Positions 20,018 through 29,576 of a stretch of 64,000 nt of DNA are shown here, one piece after another; positions within the stretch are counted from its first letter, which is position 1, and each line of letters opens with the position of its first letter. The notes below the pieces were generated by a model, which did not search any database, was not told the DNA's origin, and saw nothing but the letters and a program-made list of their open reading frames with translations. Source of the stretch: an uncultured Gammaproteobacteria bacterium. Its GTDB lineage: Bacteria > Patescibacteriota > Patescibacteriia > UBA11705 > JABHMO01. The position numbers and the translations under genes are program-made. The stretch is from the NCBI GenBank assembly GCA_964565345.1, contig CAZMEQ010000001.1, positions 9,838-73,837 on the forward strand, written 5' to 3'.

Positions 20018-20046
20018 TTGACATATTTGCCAAAATTAGATATTCT
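20018..20046 (+). promoter_or_regulatory. sigma70-like promoter of GC-rich island 2
   Basis: TTGACA 20018-20023, 17-bp spacer, TATTCT 20041-20046, in low-GC DNA. Confidence 0.4.
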
Positions 20047-20126
20047 GAAAAGCTCTTTTGAAGGCGGTTGCAGGATGTAGCCGTCTGTCTGGTTCAGTTC
20101 AAAATTCCATTGGGAGGTACCCGACC

Positions 20127-21077
20127 ATGAGGAAAAACATCCTCACCCTGTGCCTGATCGTCCTGTCCCTGGCGGCCTGCTCCACGAAGGAGAAGCCCGC
20201 CGACCCCGCGCCTGTCGCGGTGGCGCCCGTGCCCGAGGTCTGCACCATGGACAAGGCCAAGGCGCAGGTCCAGTACCGGGGCTTCGATGTCGCGATCGAG
20301 GGCGACACCCTGGTCTTCACCAAGGTGCTCTCCGGCGCCGACGGCCAGCGCCTCGGTCGCGAGATGCACGAGTTCAAGGTCGAGGACGACCAGGGCCAGT
20401 GCAAGCTGACCGAGTGCGTTGCCAGCCGCGAGGTCTCGGGCGAGAAGCTCGAGAATCTGTTCTGCCAGAAGCGTTCGCGCTTCTACAAGAACGGCGCGCT
20501 GGTCTGGGAGGACACCCTCCTCAAGGACAGCCAGTGGCTGCGCAGCTACGCCGGCCTAGACAAGGTCCTGATGGACGCGCCCAACTGGGCTTCGTCCGAT
20601 GGAATGGACATCTACATGACCTGGGTCTTGCGTTCGGCCGACAAGGCTGTGCGGGTGCCGGTCTGGGGCGTCCGGGCTATCTGGATCCGGGAGGGCGACG
20701 ACTACACCCTCATGGGCGGGGAAGTCGTCCTCAAGAACCCGAAGCGCGCCCCCACACCCGAGGAGGTCGTGACCTTCCTGCGCACCAACGCGCAGGGCGA
20801 GGTCAACACGCGTGGCGTCCTGTACCCGGTCTCCGGGGAGACGTTCACGGCCTATCTCTCGTACCTCAAGGACGAGGATAAGGGCTGGGAGCGAGACCAC
20901 GCCGGCGACAGCGAGGCCATGCTGGCCCACTTCGACGGGCCGGTCAAGCTCTCGCGTGGCCAGACCTGGCCGCTGGAGCGCGTCTTCCAGCACCGCGGCA
21001 CCCAGCAGTCCCGGCTGCCCAACGTGGACCCCGGCTTCCTGCCGGGCTTCCCGCTGGTCCCCAAGCTGGGCCAGTGA
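20127..21077 (+). CDS. lipoprotein of unknown function; high-GC island 2
   Basis: RBS GGGAGGT precedes ATG 20127. The N-terminus MRKNILTLCLIVLSLAACS has a canonical lipobox (L-A-A-C). G+C is far above the flanks. The ORF track's upstream extension to 20058 is not supported. Confidence 0.7.
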   Translation: MRKNILTLCLIVLSLAACSTKEKPADPAPVAVAPVPEVCTMDKAKAQVQYRGFDVAIEGDTLVFTKVLSGADGQRLGREMHEFKVEDDQGQCKLTECVASREVSGEKLENLFCQKRSRFYKNGALVWEDTLLKDSQWLRSYAGLDKVLMDAPNWASSDGMDIYMTWVLRSADKAVRVPVWGVRAIWIREGDDYTLMGGEVVLKNPKRAPTPEEVVTFLRTNAQGEVNTRGVLYPVSGETFTAYLSYLKDEDKGWERDHAGDSEAMLAHFDGPVKLSRGQTWPLERVFQHRGTQQSRLPNVDPGFLPGFPLVPKLGQ

Positions 21078-21085
21078 CAACAACG

Positions 21086-21142
21086 CGGTTGGCGTAACCA
21101 ACCACCCCCACATCGACACGTCGGTGTGGGGGTATTTTGTTG
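21086..21142 (+). terminator. tandem GC hairpins plus T-run terminating island 2
   Basis: GGTTGG cgtaa CCAACC, then CCCCCACATCGA cacg TCGGTGTGGGGG, followed by TATTTTGTTGTT. Confidence 0.6.
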
Positions 21143-21192
21143 TTACTAATCAACAAATTTTGTATAATGTTTTTAGAAATAAAATAATTTAT

Positions 21193-21966
21193 ATGACCTT
21201 GGATAAAGAGTTACAAAAAATCGGACTATCGGATAAAGAAGCGAAAGTTTACTTGGCAGCATTGGAATTAGGACAAGCTTCGGTTCAAAATATTGCCCGC
21301 AAAGCTGAAGTTAATCGCGCCACAACTTATTCTATTTTAGAGTCATTGATTAAAAAGGGCTTGTGCAGTATCAGCGAAAAAGATAAAAAAGTTTTTTATT
21401 TTGCTAGCGCGCCCGAGTCGTTACTTTCAATTTTTGATATTAAAAGGAAACATCTTGAAACAGAGGAAGAGGTTTTTAAAAGACTATTGCCAGAATTAAA
21501 TTCTGTTTTTAATAAACAAGCCGACAAGCCAACCGTACGTTTTTTTGATGGCAGACAAGGGTTGATTAATAGTTTGGGCGAATTTTATCGTGAAAAAACT
21601 GATGGCAATGAGCCAGTGCGCATGGTCTATAATAAAGATTTAATTGAAAAAACAATTGATGAAAGAGAACGACAAAAATTGAGAAAGATACGATTAACTA
21701 GAGAAATAAAATCCAAAGTTATATATAGCTACGAGGGCGGAGTTTTAAAAACAAACGTTGATGGCCAAAGAAGAAAAATTAATGGTGACGAATATCCTAT
21801 TTCATGTGATATAGAAATTTTGGGTGATGCAGTTATGTTTGTGCCTTTAACTGAAAAACTTCACGCTGTTTTAATTAAAGATAGACAAATAGCCGAAACA
21901 TTAAAGAGTTTTTTTGATCTGGCTTGGATTGGGGCCGAAATAAAAGAAGTTAAAGAGGAAAAATAA
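21193..21966 (+). CDS. TrmB-family transcriptional regulator
   Basis: N-terminal wHTH LSDKEAKVYLAALELGQASVQNIARKAEVNRATTYSILESLIKKGL is typical of TrmB-like regulators. The start was set at the first Met in low-GC sequence. The longer ORF in the track runs through the GC-rich island in the same frame by chance. Confidence 0.65.
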   Translation: MTLDKELQKIGLSDKEAKVYLAALELGQASVQNIARKAEVNRATTYSILESLIKKGLCSISEKDKKVFYFASAPESLLSIFDIKRKHLETEEEVFKRLLPELNSVFNKQADKPTVRFFDGRQGLINSLGEFYREKTDGNEPVRMVYNKDLIEKTIDERERQKLRKIRLTREIKSKVIYSYEGGVLKTNVDGQRRKINGDEYPISCDIEILGDAVMFVPLTEKLHAVLIKDRQIAETLKSFFDLAWIGAEIKEVKEEK

Positions 21967-21968
21967 AT

Positions 21969-22487
21969 ATGTTGGCAAAAAAAGATTTAGCAATTTATAT
22001 TTTAACTTTCTTGGTTTTAATTTTAGTCGTTTTTGTTTTATTCCAGTACTATTCGAATAATGATTCATCTCAGCCATTTGAACAAAACGAACCGGAATTA
22101 ATTTCTGTTCAGGTTTTTTATGCCAATAGTATCAAAAACCCCGAAATGCTTGATTGTTCATTAGTTTTTCCTGTTAGTCGGGTGGTAACTAGTCGCGAAA
22201 AAATATATGAGGAAACAATAAAACTATTATTGCAAGGTCCAAGTTTAGATGAAAAAACTGTTGGATACAAAAATATGATTTCGGAAAATGCGGGGCTTAA
22301 TTTTGCTAAGTTTAATAACGGGATTTTGGTAGCGGATTTTAATAGTCAGCTTGATTATGCAGTGGGAGGGTCATGTTGGACTGCGGCTATAAGATCGCAA
22401 ATTGAAAATACTATGAAACAGTGGCCGGAAGTAAAAGAAACCGTTATATCAATCAATGGCAAGAGCGAATATATATTACAGCCCTAA
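21969..22487 (+). CDS. GerMN-domain protein (membrane-anchored)
   Basis: N-terminal TM, then SVQVFYANSIKNPEMLDCSLVFPVSRVV ... KLLLQGPS, a pattern typical of GerM/GerMN domains. Confidence 0.65.
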   Translation: MLAKKDLAIYILTFLVLILVVFVLFQYYSNNDSSQPFEQNEPELISVQVFYANSIKNPEMLDCSLVFPVSRVVTSREKIYEETIKLLLQGPSLDEKTVGYKNMISENAGLNFAKFNNGILVADFNSQLDYAVGGSCWTAAIRSQIENTMKQWPEVKETVISINGKSEYILQP

Positions 22488-22488
22488 T

Positions 22489-23484
22489 ATGGATTTAAAT
22501 TCGTTGAATAATATTTTGAGTGATTATCCGTCTTTTCGTAAAAAACAGGTTTATCGTTTTATATTTAAAAATTTGATTGATAATTGGGACGAGGCTACCT
22601 CTTTGCCTGCAGATTTACGAATGGAGCTTAAAAAAAATTTCAGTTTAGATATAGAACACAAGGCTTATTTTAGTAAACACGATGATGCGGTTAAGGCGTT
22701 GGTGACTTTTGCTGATGGTGCTCAAGTAGAGACTGTTTTAATGAAGCACTCGGATGGCCGTAACACGGTGTGTGTGTCATCTCAAGTTGGTTGTGCTTTG
22801 GGTTGTGATTTTTGTGCGACGGGCAAGCTTGGGTTTAAACGTAATCTGACAAGTTCAGAAATAATTGCGCAGGTTTTGCTTTTTAATATAATTTTAAAAA
22901 AGAGTCAGGCTAAGGTAACTAACATTGTTTTTATGGGAATGGGTGAGCCAATGCGGAACTATCAAGCAGTCATGGAAAGCATAAAATTTATGAATGATAA
23001 GGATATTTTTAATCTTGGAGCGAGAAGGTTTTCTGTCTCCACTGTTGGCGTCGTTGATGGTATAAAAAAATTAGCTCAAGAACCACTAGAAATAAATTTG
23101 GCTGTTTCCATCCATGCTCCCAACGATATTTTGCGTTCTAAGTTAATGCCTATTAATAATAAATGGAATTTAAAGCAACTATTTTTAGCCATTGATAATT
23201 ACATTCATATAACAAATCGTCGTGTTATGCTGGAATATACTTTAATGGGCGGAGTTAATGATTCGTTGGATCAGGCGGCGCAGCTTTGTCAGTTGGTGAC
23301 GAATAAACTGTGTTTTGTGAATCTTATTACTTATAATAAAACTAAATTTTATACACCGCCTAAGCCCGAGGTTATTAAAAAATTTGAAAATTTTTTAATA
23401 AAAAATCATGTCGCCTGTACGACACGACAAAGGTTCGGTCATGATATTGCTGCTGCTTGTGGCCAACTTGCTGCGCGAAGTTAA
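22489..23484 (+). CDS. rlmN: 23S rRNA (adenine2503-C2)-methyltransferase, radical SAM
   Basis: VCVSSQVGCALGCDFCATG is a CxxxCxxC radical-SAM cluster motif in RlmN/Cfr context. The start was set at the Met immediately after the upstream stop. Confidence 0.8.
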   Translation: MDLNSLNNILSDYPSFRKKQVYRFIFKNLIDNWDEATSLPADLRMELKKNFSLDIEHKAYFSKHDDAVKALVTFADGAQVETVLMKHSDGRNTVCVSSQVGCALGCDFCATGKLGFKRNLTSSEIIAQVLLFNIILKKSQAKVTNIVFMGMGEPMRNYQAVMESIKFMNDKDIFNLGARRFSVSTVGVVDGIKKLAQEPLEINLAVSIHAPNDILRSKLMPINNKWNLKQLFLAIDNYIHITNRRVMLEYTLMGGVNDSLDQAAQLCQLVTNKLCFVNLITYNKTKFYTPPKPEVIKKFENFLIKNHVACTTRQRFGHDIAAACGQLAARS

Positions 23485-24314
23485 TTACTCCAAACAATTA
23501 GACGGTCTAATCCCGCTAGATCCTTATATAAGTCTACCGTTGCTTCTGGGTAGATTTTTTTTATGTAATTATTTAAGACAGAATATTGGTTTAAGCCGAT
23601 TTCGAGAATTATAAAAGAGGGAAGTGTTTTTTCTTTAGACAAGGATTTAATGAGTCGACGATACGCCTGTAGGCCATCTGGTCCTGAATAAAGAGCTGTT
23701 TTAGGTTCGTGCTTAATTGTTGGGTGTGTATAACTGGTGGGGAGATAGGGTAGGTTCGCAACAAGGATATCAATTTTTTTATTTTGGAGAGGTGAGATTA
23801 AATCTCCGTGGTGAAATTTAATTCTAACTATATTTTTTTTAGCGTTGTATTTTGCGATCAGCAAGGCTTTGCGTGATTTGTCCGTGGCATAGACAAGTGT
23901 CTTGGGATTTTTTTTCGCTAACGTTATGGCTATGGCGCCAGATCCGGTCCCTATGTCCGCAACGGTAAAGTTGTTGGAAAAATTTTTCTGAATAATCTCT
24001 TGCGTTTTATCAATTATAAGTTCTGTTTCTGGTCGCGGTATTAGTACGTCTTTGGTAACTTTAAAATCAAGTCCGTAGAATTCTTGTGATCCGATCAAAT
24101 AAGCCAAAGGCCACCCTTTAATTCTTTGTTTAACCATTTTTAGAAACTTGGCGCTTTGTAGCTTGTCCAACTTTGATTCCGGATGAGTAAAAAGATATTC
24201 ACGCGTCTTTTTGGCAACATAACTAAGAATTAACTCTATATCAAAATTAGAAAGAGTCCGATTACTTTTTTCTACAAATTTTAAGGCTAAGTGTAGAGCT
24301 TCTTTGATGGTCAT
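23481..24314 (-). CDS. prmC: release factor glutamine N5-methyltransferase (HemK/PrmC)
   Basis: VLIPRPETE, VADIGTGSGAIAI (motif I) and ANLPYLP (NPPY-type motif). Lies downstream of prfA. Confidence 0.85.
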   Translation of the reverse strand: MTIKEALHLALKFVEKSNRTLSNFDIELILSYVAKKTREYLFTHPESKLDKLQSAKFLKMVKQRIKGWPLAYLIGSQEFYGLDFKVTKDVLIPRPETELIIDKTQEIIQKNFSNNFTVADIGTGSGAIAITLAKKNPKTLVYATDKSRKALLIAKYNAKKNIVRIKFHHGDLISPLQNKKIDILVANLPYLPTSYTHPTIKHEPKTALYSGPDGLQAYRRLIKSLSKEKTLPSFIILEIGLNQYSVLNNYIKKIYPEATVDLYKDLAGLDRLIVWSN

Positions 24315-24380
24315 GTTTTTTTATTGTTAATTAGAAGAATCAGAACATTGCAATACGAAAAGAGCCCGGAGGCTCTTTTT

Positions 24381-25439
24381 TTATTTGGTTTGAAGCTTAA
24401 AGTCAGCTTCTTTAAGGGCATCTATGATAGGGGAAAGATCACCCGCAAGAATGGTAGTGATGTTGTTCCAGCTTTCTTTGATTCGATGATCGGTAATTCG
24501 ATCTTGAGGATAATTGTAAGTTCTAATTTTTTCACTTCGATCGCCGGTGCCAATTTGTGCGCGTCGTTGGCTGCCTAAGGCAGCTTCGCGTTTAGCCGTT
24601 TCTAATTCATAAAGACGTGATCGTAGCACGCGCATCGCTTTTTCTTTGTTTTGCGCTTGTGATCGTTCATCTTGGCAAGACACAACAGTATTAGTGGGTA
24701 GGTGGGTGAGCCGAACAGCTGATTTGGTGGTATTAACGCTTTGTCCACCAGCGCCACCAGAACAGAAGGTGTCAATTTTAACATCAGCTGGGTCAATTTT
24801 TAAATCAACCTCTTCCACTTCTGGCAATACAGCCACCGTAATCGCGGATGTGTGTATGCGGCCTTGTTTTTCAGTCTCTGGAACACGTTGAACACGGTGT
24901 GTTCCACTTTCATATTTTAAAGTTCCATAAACATTTGGTCCGTTGACTTCAAAAACAACTTCCTTAAAACCGCCCAGCTCGCTCACACTGCTAGAAACTA
25001 TATGTGTTTTCCATCCAACTCGTTCTGCAAACTTGCCATACATTCGAAATAATTCAGCAGCAAATAATGCTGATTCATCACCACCTGTGCCAGCTCTGAT
25101 TTCCACAATGACGTTTTTTTTGTCATTAGGGTCTTTGGGGGTAAGAGCATATTTTACCTGTTGTTCTAGTTCAGAAACTTCGGGTTCCAAAGTATCTATT
25201 TCTTGTTGTGCTAACTCATGCATTTCTGCTTCGTTGGGATTAGCTAAAGTTTCTTGAGCTTCTTTGAGGTGAGCTAGCTTTTTTTCATAATCATTAAAAA
25301 GATCAACCAAGGGCGCAACTTCTGCATGTTCACTGGAAACTTGTTTAAGTCTTTCTGGATTATTAATAACTGAAGAGTTCTGGAGTTGTTGTTCCAGTTC
25401 TTTAAAGCGATTTTTAATTTTTTCTATTTGATCATGCAT
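24381..25439 (-). CDS. prfA: peptide chain release factor 1
   Basis: [16 protein letters not shown] and [12 protein letters not shown] (GGQ motif). The prfA-prmC operon arrangement is conserved. Confidence 0.8.
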   Translation of the reverse strand: MHDQIEKIKNRFKELEQQLQNSSVINNPERLKQVSSEHAEVAPLVDLFNDYEKKLAHLKEAQETLANPNEAEMHELAQQEIDTLEPEVSELEQQVKYALTPKDPNDKKNVIVEIRAGTGGDESALFAAELFRMYGKFAERVGWKTHIVSSSVSELGGFKEVVFEVNGPNVYGTLKYESGTHRVQRVPETEKQGRIHTSAITVAVLPEVEEVDLKIDPADVKIDTFCSGGAGGQSVNTTKSAVRLTHLPTNTVVSCQDERSQAQNKEKAMRVLRSRLYELETAKREAALGSQRRAQIGTGDRSEKIRTYNYPQDRITDHRIKESWNNITTILAGDLSPIIDALKEADFKLQTK

Positions 25440-25507
25440 AATGCTTATCTTATTATATCAAAAAACCGTCCAGAAAAACATAAATCATTGGGACGGTTTT
25501 GCGTATG

Positions 25508-25792
25508 TTATTTATTGACCTTGGCAGCCTTCTTTTCGTTTTTTGCGGTACGTTTAGCTTTTTTACCCTTGCTAGCTGTGGCTGAAGTGTCTTTCTTAGA
25601 TAGACGTTCTTGGAATTTCTCTACACGGCGAGCAGTGTCGACCAACTTTTGTTTGCCAGTATAAAAAGGATGGCAAAGATGGCAGATTTCAACTTTGATC
25701 TCTTTTTGAGTTGAGCCGGTAGTAAATTCATTACCACAAACACAAATGACCTTAGCGTCTTTGTAATACTTTGGATGTATATCTTTCTTCAT
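25508..25792 (-). CDS. rpmE: 50S ribosomal protein L31
   Basis: [10 protein letters not shown] ... CVCGNEF ... [10 protein letters not shown] is a zinc-ribbon L31, with a Lys-rich C-terminal extension. Confidence 0.85.
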   Translation of the reverse strand: MKKDIHPKYYKDAKVICVCGNEFTTGSTQKEIKVEICHLCHPFYTGKQKLVDTARRVEKFQERLSKKDTSATASKGKKAKRTAKNEKKAAKVNK

Positions 25793-26014
25793 AAAGTTTT
25801 TTCCTTGTCATGCTGAACTTGTTTCAGCATCTGGAATGTAATTAGCAGATCCTGAAATAAATTCAGGATGACACCTGGATTAATTTCGTAATCAGAGGAT
25901 ATCATATTACTATAAATTTGGCAAGAATAGTGGTCTTTTGAGGGTGGAAACGTCTTTTGTGGATAAAGGGGGCAAGACTTTAAAAAACATGTGCTATAAT
26001 ATCACTAGAATAAC

Positions 26015-26356
26015 TTGAAATTTATGAAAACCAAGAAGTTTTTAGGTGGTTTAGCGTTAGGCGCTCTTATTGGTGGGGCTTTGGGATTATTTTTGAGCCC
26101 AGGTAAGGGTAAGGAAAACCGCGCTAAGTTTCAAAAGGTTAGCAAGCAGTTAAGCGAAAAACTTGTAGCTGATGTTGCCAAGCTCAAGAAAATTGGCAAA
26201 GAAGAATACGAAGAAATTGTCGAAAATCTGATTAAGAAGTATTCCAAGTCTGATTTGATGAGTGTGGCCGCCTGGGAGGAGATTGGTCAAGAATTGAAAC
26301 TCCGCTGGAAAGATATTCAGAAGGAATTGGGCGCAAAAAAGAGCGCTAAAAAGTAA
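26015..26356 (+). CDS. YtxH-like small membrane protein
   Basis: N-terminal TM GGLALGALIGGALGLFLSPGKGKENR followed by a charged helical tail. Extended -10 TGCTATAAT lies upstream. Confidence 0.5.
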   Translation: MKFMKTKKFLGGLALGALIGGALGLFLSPGKGKENRAKFQKVSKQLSEKLVADVAKLKKIGKEEYEEIVENLIKKYSKSDLMSVAAWEEIGQELKLRWKDIQKELGAKKSAKK

Positions 26357-26440
26357 GTAATTATCCCTACGGTAATTAGCCAAGGGGTTTAATTATATTG
26401 ATGTTGCGTAAATTGCAACTCTAAAAACCTAGAGAGAGTA

Positions 26441-26475
26441 AAGCCTCCGTTTTAAACGGGGGTTTTATTTTTTAG
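26441..26475 (+). terminator. hairpin terminator after 26015..26356
   Basis: CCTCCGTTT taa AACGGGGGTT followed by TTATTTTTT. Confidence 0.5.
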
Positions 26476-26476
26476 C

Positions 26477-26504
26477 TTGACAAAAAGAGGAAAATCATTA
26501 TAAT
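26477..26504 (+). promoter_or_regulatory. sigma70-like promoter of GC-rich island 3
   Basis: TTGACA 26477-26482, 16-bp spacer, TATAAT 26499-26504. Confidence 0.5.
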
Positions 26505-26560
26505 AAATAACGCTTCCACGTAGAAGCAGGGTGTTTCAACTGTCCACTGAGGAGGAGCTA

Positions 26561-27052
26561 ATGACCGAGAAGAAGACGTGTCTGCAGGTGGAGAAGGAGA
26601 TCCGAGCGGGTCTGCCCGTCGGTTTCGCTGAGGCGGTGCGCTTCGACGTGCGCCAGTCCAAGAAGGGCTTGCGTGTCGTCGTGCCGAACCACCGGCTCGG
26701 CAAGATCGCGATCACCGCGACGTGCTTCAATGGCAACAGCGACCTCGTCGGTCGCACGATCTCCCACTTCACCCAGATCGTCCCCGAAGGAACCGTGGTC
26801 GAGGCCCCGCGCAACGTGGTGTGTGACCGGGTTCGCCGGGCGATTCGTGCCACGCTGCCGAAGGATTACGCGACCGCGGTGCGCTTCGATGTTCGTAGCG
26901 CTCGTGATGGCCTGGCCGTCATGATCCCGGCTCACCGCGCCAACGGCATCTACATCGATCGGCAGCGCTTCGAGCTGCCCGACCCCGATCGCCTCGTGAC
27001 CATGGCCGTCCGGCACATCTGCCAGTTCGTGCCCACGAACGCCACCGTCTAG
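26561..27052 (+). CDS. small protein built from two tandem ~70-aa repeats; high-GC island 3
   Basis: RBS GAGGAGGAG precedes ATG 26561. Repeat 1 is KEIRAGLPVGFAEAVRFDVRQSKKGLRVVVPNHRLGKIAI. Repeat 2 is RRAIRATLPKDYATAVRFDVRSARDGLAVMIPAHRANGIYI. No signal peptide. Far higher GC than the flanks. Confidence 0.6.
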   Translation: MTEKKTCLQVEKEIRAGLPVGFAEAVRFDVRQSKKGLRVVVPNHRLGKIAITATCFNGNSDLVGRTISHFTQIVPEGTVVEAPRNVVCDRVRRAIRATLPKDYATAVRFDVRSARDGLAVMIPAHRANGIYIDRQRFELPDPDRLVTMAVRHICQFVPTNATV

Positions 27053-27093
27053 ACACGGTGAGCTGATCTTTCTCTGACCAGACGCTGATTCAC

Positions 27094-27132
27094 GGCGCTC
27101 GTCCAATCACTTGGGCGAGCGCTAATTTTTTT
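27094..27132 (+). terminator. GC hairpin plus T-run terminating island 3
   Basis: GCGCTCG tccaatcacttggg CGAGCGC followed by TAATTTTTTT. Confidence 0.6.
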
Positions 27133-27206
27133 AAAAACAATAGTTGTTCACGGGAAAAGGAGAAGTTTTGTTTAATAGAAAGCCGGTTATTTGCTATAAT
27201 CAAGCT

Positions 27207-28037
27207 ATGATAAATTTTTTGCATACATTTCATCCCACACCAATTATTTTTCAAATCGGTCCATTGGCTGTTCATTGGTATGGGTTCCTCATGGTTATTG
27301 GAGGTCTATTAGGCTTTTATTTAATTTTGAAATTAGCTGAAAGATATAAATTAGATAAAAAGTTTTTTGAAGATCTTTTATTTTGGTTTGTTATTGGGGC
27401 TATTATTGGCGCCAGAATCTATTACGTCATTTATGCTTGGCCAATGTATAAAGAGAATCTATTAGACATCCTAAAAATTTGGGAGGGTGGGTTAGCGATA
27501 CACGGAATTATGCTCGGTGGGTTTATTGCAACTTTTATTTATTGTCGAATAAAGAAAAGAGATTTTTTGCTTACAGCTGATTTAGCGGTAACAGGGTTAG
27601 TTGCCGCGCAGATAATTGGCCGAGTTGGAAATTATTTCAATCAAGAAATTTTTGGGTTACCAACAAATTTACCGTGGGGCATACCAATTGATCCCATTTT
27701 TCGTCCGGAGCAATATGCGCAGTTCCAATATTTTCATCCCACGTTTATCTATGAGTCATTGGGGAATGTTGTGATATTGGCGATATTACTGTTTGTCCAT
27801 TACTACCGATTTAAAAGAAAGGAATTTAATCCTGGACAAATATTCTTGTTTTACCTCGTATTGTATTCTTGTTTGCGCTTTAGCCTAGAGTTTTTGAGAA
27901 TTGATTATAGTCCGATCTTTTTTGGGATCCGGTGGGCAATGTTTTTTAGTCAGGCTATTTTCATGATGAGTATTTTAATTATCATGTGGAGAGATTTATT
28001 TATAAGGTTAGAGCTTGTCAAAAAACAAAAATCGTGA
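27207..28037 (+). CDS. lgt: prolipoprotein diacylglyceryl transferase
   Basis: IFQIGPLAVHWYGFLMVIGGLLGFY ... GARIYYVIY ... IWEGGLAIHG are Lgt signature blocks. Confidence 0.85.
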   Translation: MINFLHTFHPTPIIFQIGPLAVHWYGFLMVIGGLLGFYLILKLAERYKLDKKFFEDLLFWFVIGAIIGARIYYVIYAWPMYKENLLDILKIWEGGLAIHGIMLGGFIATFIYCRIKKRDFLLTADLAVTGLVAAQIIGRVGNYFNQEIFGLPTNLPWGIPIDPIFRPEQYAQFQYFHPTFIYESLGNVVILAILLFVHYYRFKRKEFNPGQIFLFYLVLYSCLRFSLEFLRIDYSPIFFGIRWAMFFSQAIFMMSILIIMWRDLFIRLELVKKQKS

Positions 28038-28186
28038 TAATATAGCCCTTGTAACATTTATTTAATAAAACACATACTTTTCTTGGCTTATTTTAGCCAA
28101 AGTCATTGGACCTGCTGGTAAACTCAGCCCTGATGATTAGAAGAGTAGAGGCTCTCGCTTCGGCGGGGAAGAAAGGACAATTTAGT

Positions 28187-28876
28187 ATGGTAAAAGTTCC
28201 AAGTTTACAAGACTTGATGAAAGCGGGCGCTCATTTTGGTCATCAAAAATCAAAATGGCATCCTAAAATGAAACCTTATATCTTTATCGAAAAGAATGGG
28301 GTTCATATAATTAACTTAGAAGAAACTCAAAAGGCTTTAGAAGTTGCTTTGAATTTCATTACAGAAACTGTTGCTGCTGGCGGAACAGTTCTTTTTTTAG
28401 GCACAAAAAAGCAAGCACGTGACATTGTTAAAGATGCGGCACTTTCTTGCAACATGCCTTATGTAACCAATCGTTGGTTAGGTGGTACGTTAACTAATGC
28501 CCCAACTGTCTTGGGCTTAGTTAAAAAGTTTAGAAAGTTAAAAGAAGAAAAAGCTTCTGGTAAGTTATTAAAGTATACCAAGAAAGAACAATTAGAAATG
28601 GCTCGAGAAATTGAACGTTTAGAAACAATTGTCGGCGGTATCGAAAAGTTGGATCGAATTCCAGACGCTATGTTCTTGGTGGACATTAAAACAGATAGAA
28701 CGGCTATTAAGGAAGCTGCTCGCAAAAAAGTTCCAGTAGTCGCTCTCTGCGATTCAAATACTAATCCTGAATTAGTTAATTATCCTATTCCATCAAATGA
28801 TGATGCCGTTAAAACATTGCAATTAATGGCTAACTTAGTCGCTGAAACCATTAAAGAGGCAAAGTCAAAAGAATAG
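28187..28876 (+). CDS. rpsB: 30S ribosomal protein S2
   Basis: MVKVPSLQDLMKAGAHFGHQKSKWHPKMKPYIF is a canonical S2 N-terminus. RBS GAAAGGA lies upstream of ATG 28187. Confidence 0.9.
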   Translation: MVKVPSLQDLMKAGAHFGHQKSKWHPKMKPYIFIEKNGVHIINLEETQKALEVALNFITETVAAGGTVLFLGTKKQARDIVKDAALSCNMPYVTNRWLGGTLTNAPTVLGLVKKFRKLKEEKASGKLLKYTKKEQLEMAREIERLETIVGGIEKLDRIPDAMFLVDIKTDRTAIKEAARKKVPVVALCDSNTNPELVNYPIPSNDDAVKTLQLMANLVAETIKEAKSKE

Positions 28877-28977
28877 AGCTCTTTGATTCTAATCAAATAA
28901 AATAAAATAATTACGTAGCCAATAATCGTTTTCGTAACTTCTGGTTACTGGTCACTGATTACTGGTTACTTAGTAAT

Positions 28978-29565
28978 ATGGCAGACACACAAACAGTTGT
29001 TAAATTACGCAATCAAACTGGAGCTGGTATGATGGATTGCAAAAAAGCCTTAGATGAGGCAAATGGCGATTATGATAAAGCGGTTGATATATTGAGACAA
29101 AAGGGTGAGCTTAAAGCTGCCAAAAAGATTGAAGAGCGTACTGCTACTGAAGGTATTGTTTATTCTTACATCCACTCTAATAATAAGGCTGGAGCCATGA
29201 TTGCGCTTGCTTGCGAAACTGATTTTGTTGCTCGTACTGAGGATTTCAAAAACTTAGCGCATGAAATAGCTATGCAAGTGGTAGCCATGATGCCGGATTA
29301 TTTAAATCCCGAAGAGGTTCCAGTCGATGTTTTGGAACATGAAAAAAGTATTTATGCCGAGCAACTAAAAAATGAAGGTAAGCCAGAAAATATTATTGAG
29401 AAAATTATGTCTGGTAAGCTGGAAAAGTTTTATGCTGAAACCTGTTTGGTTAAACAGCCATATATTAAAGATGATGCTATTACTATTGAAGAGTTGATCA
29501 ATCAATATATTGCTAAAACAGGAGAAAAAATTCAAATCAGTCGTTTTGTTCGCTTTCAAATTTAA
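28978..29565 (+). CDS. tsf: elongation factor Ts
   Basis: VKLRNQTGAGMMDCKKALDEANGDYDKAVDILRQKG is the UBA-like N-domain of EF-Ts. Lies downstream of rpsB. Confidence 0.9.
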   Translation: MADTQTVVKLRNQTGAGMMDCKKALDEANGDYDKAVDILRQKGELKAAKKIEERTATEGIVYSYIHSNNKAGAMIALACETDFVARTEDFKNLAHEIAMQVVAMMPDYLNPEEVPVDVLEHEKSIYAEQLKNEGKPENIIEKIMSGKLEKFYAETCLVKQPYIKDDAITIEELINQYIAKTGEKIQISRFVRFQI

Positions 29566-29576
29566 TTTTCAACTTC

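Noticed and set aside
20094-21156. ORFs 20094..20369, 20099..20404, 20150..20881, 20556..21119, 20852..21064 and 20944..21156
   Set aside because: All are shadow ORFs of the GC-rich lipoprotein gene. Their products are Arg/Pro/Gly-rich, a typical out-of-frame high-GC translation.
20812-21192. Long N-terminal extension of the TrmB-like ORF (track start 20812)
   Set aside because: The extension runs through the GC-rich island in a different frame from the lipoprotein and has Arg/Ser/Pro low-complexity content. The compositional break, the terminator at 21086-21142 and the first Met in AT-rich DNA all place the real start at 21193.
26536-27106. ORFs 26536..26853 (-), 26558..27106 (-) and 26673..26924 (+)
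   Set aside because: Shadow ORFs of the high-GC tandem-repeat gene.
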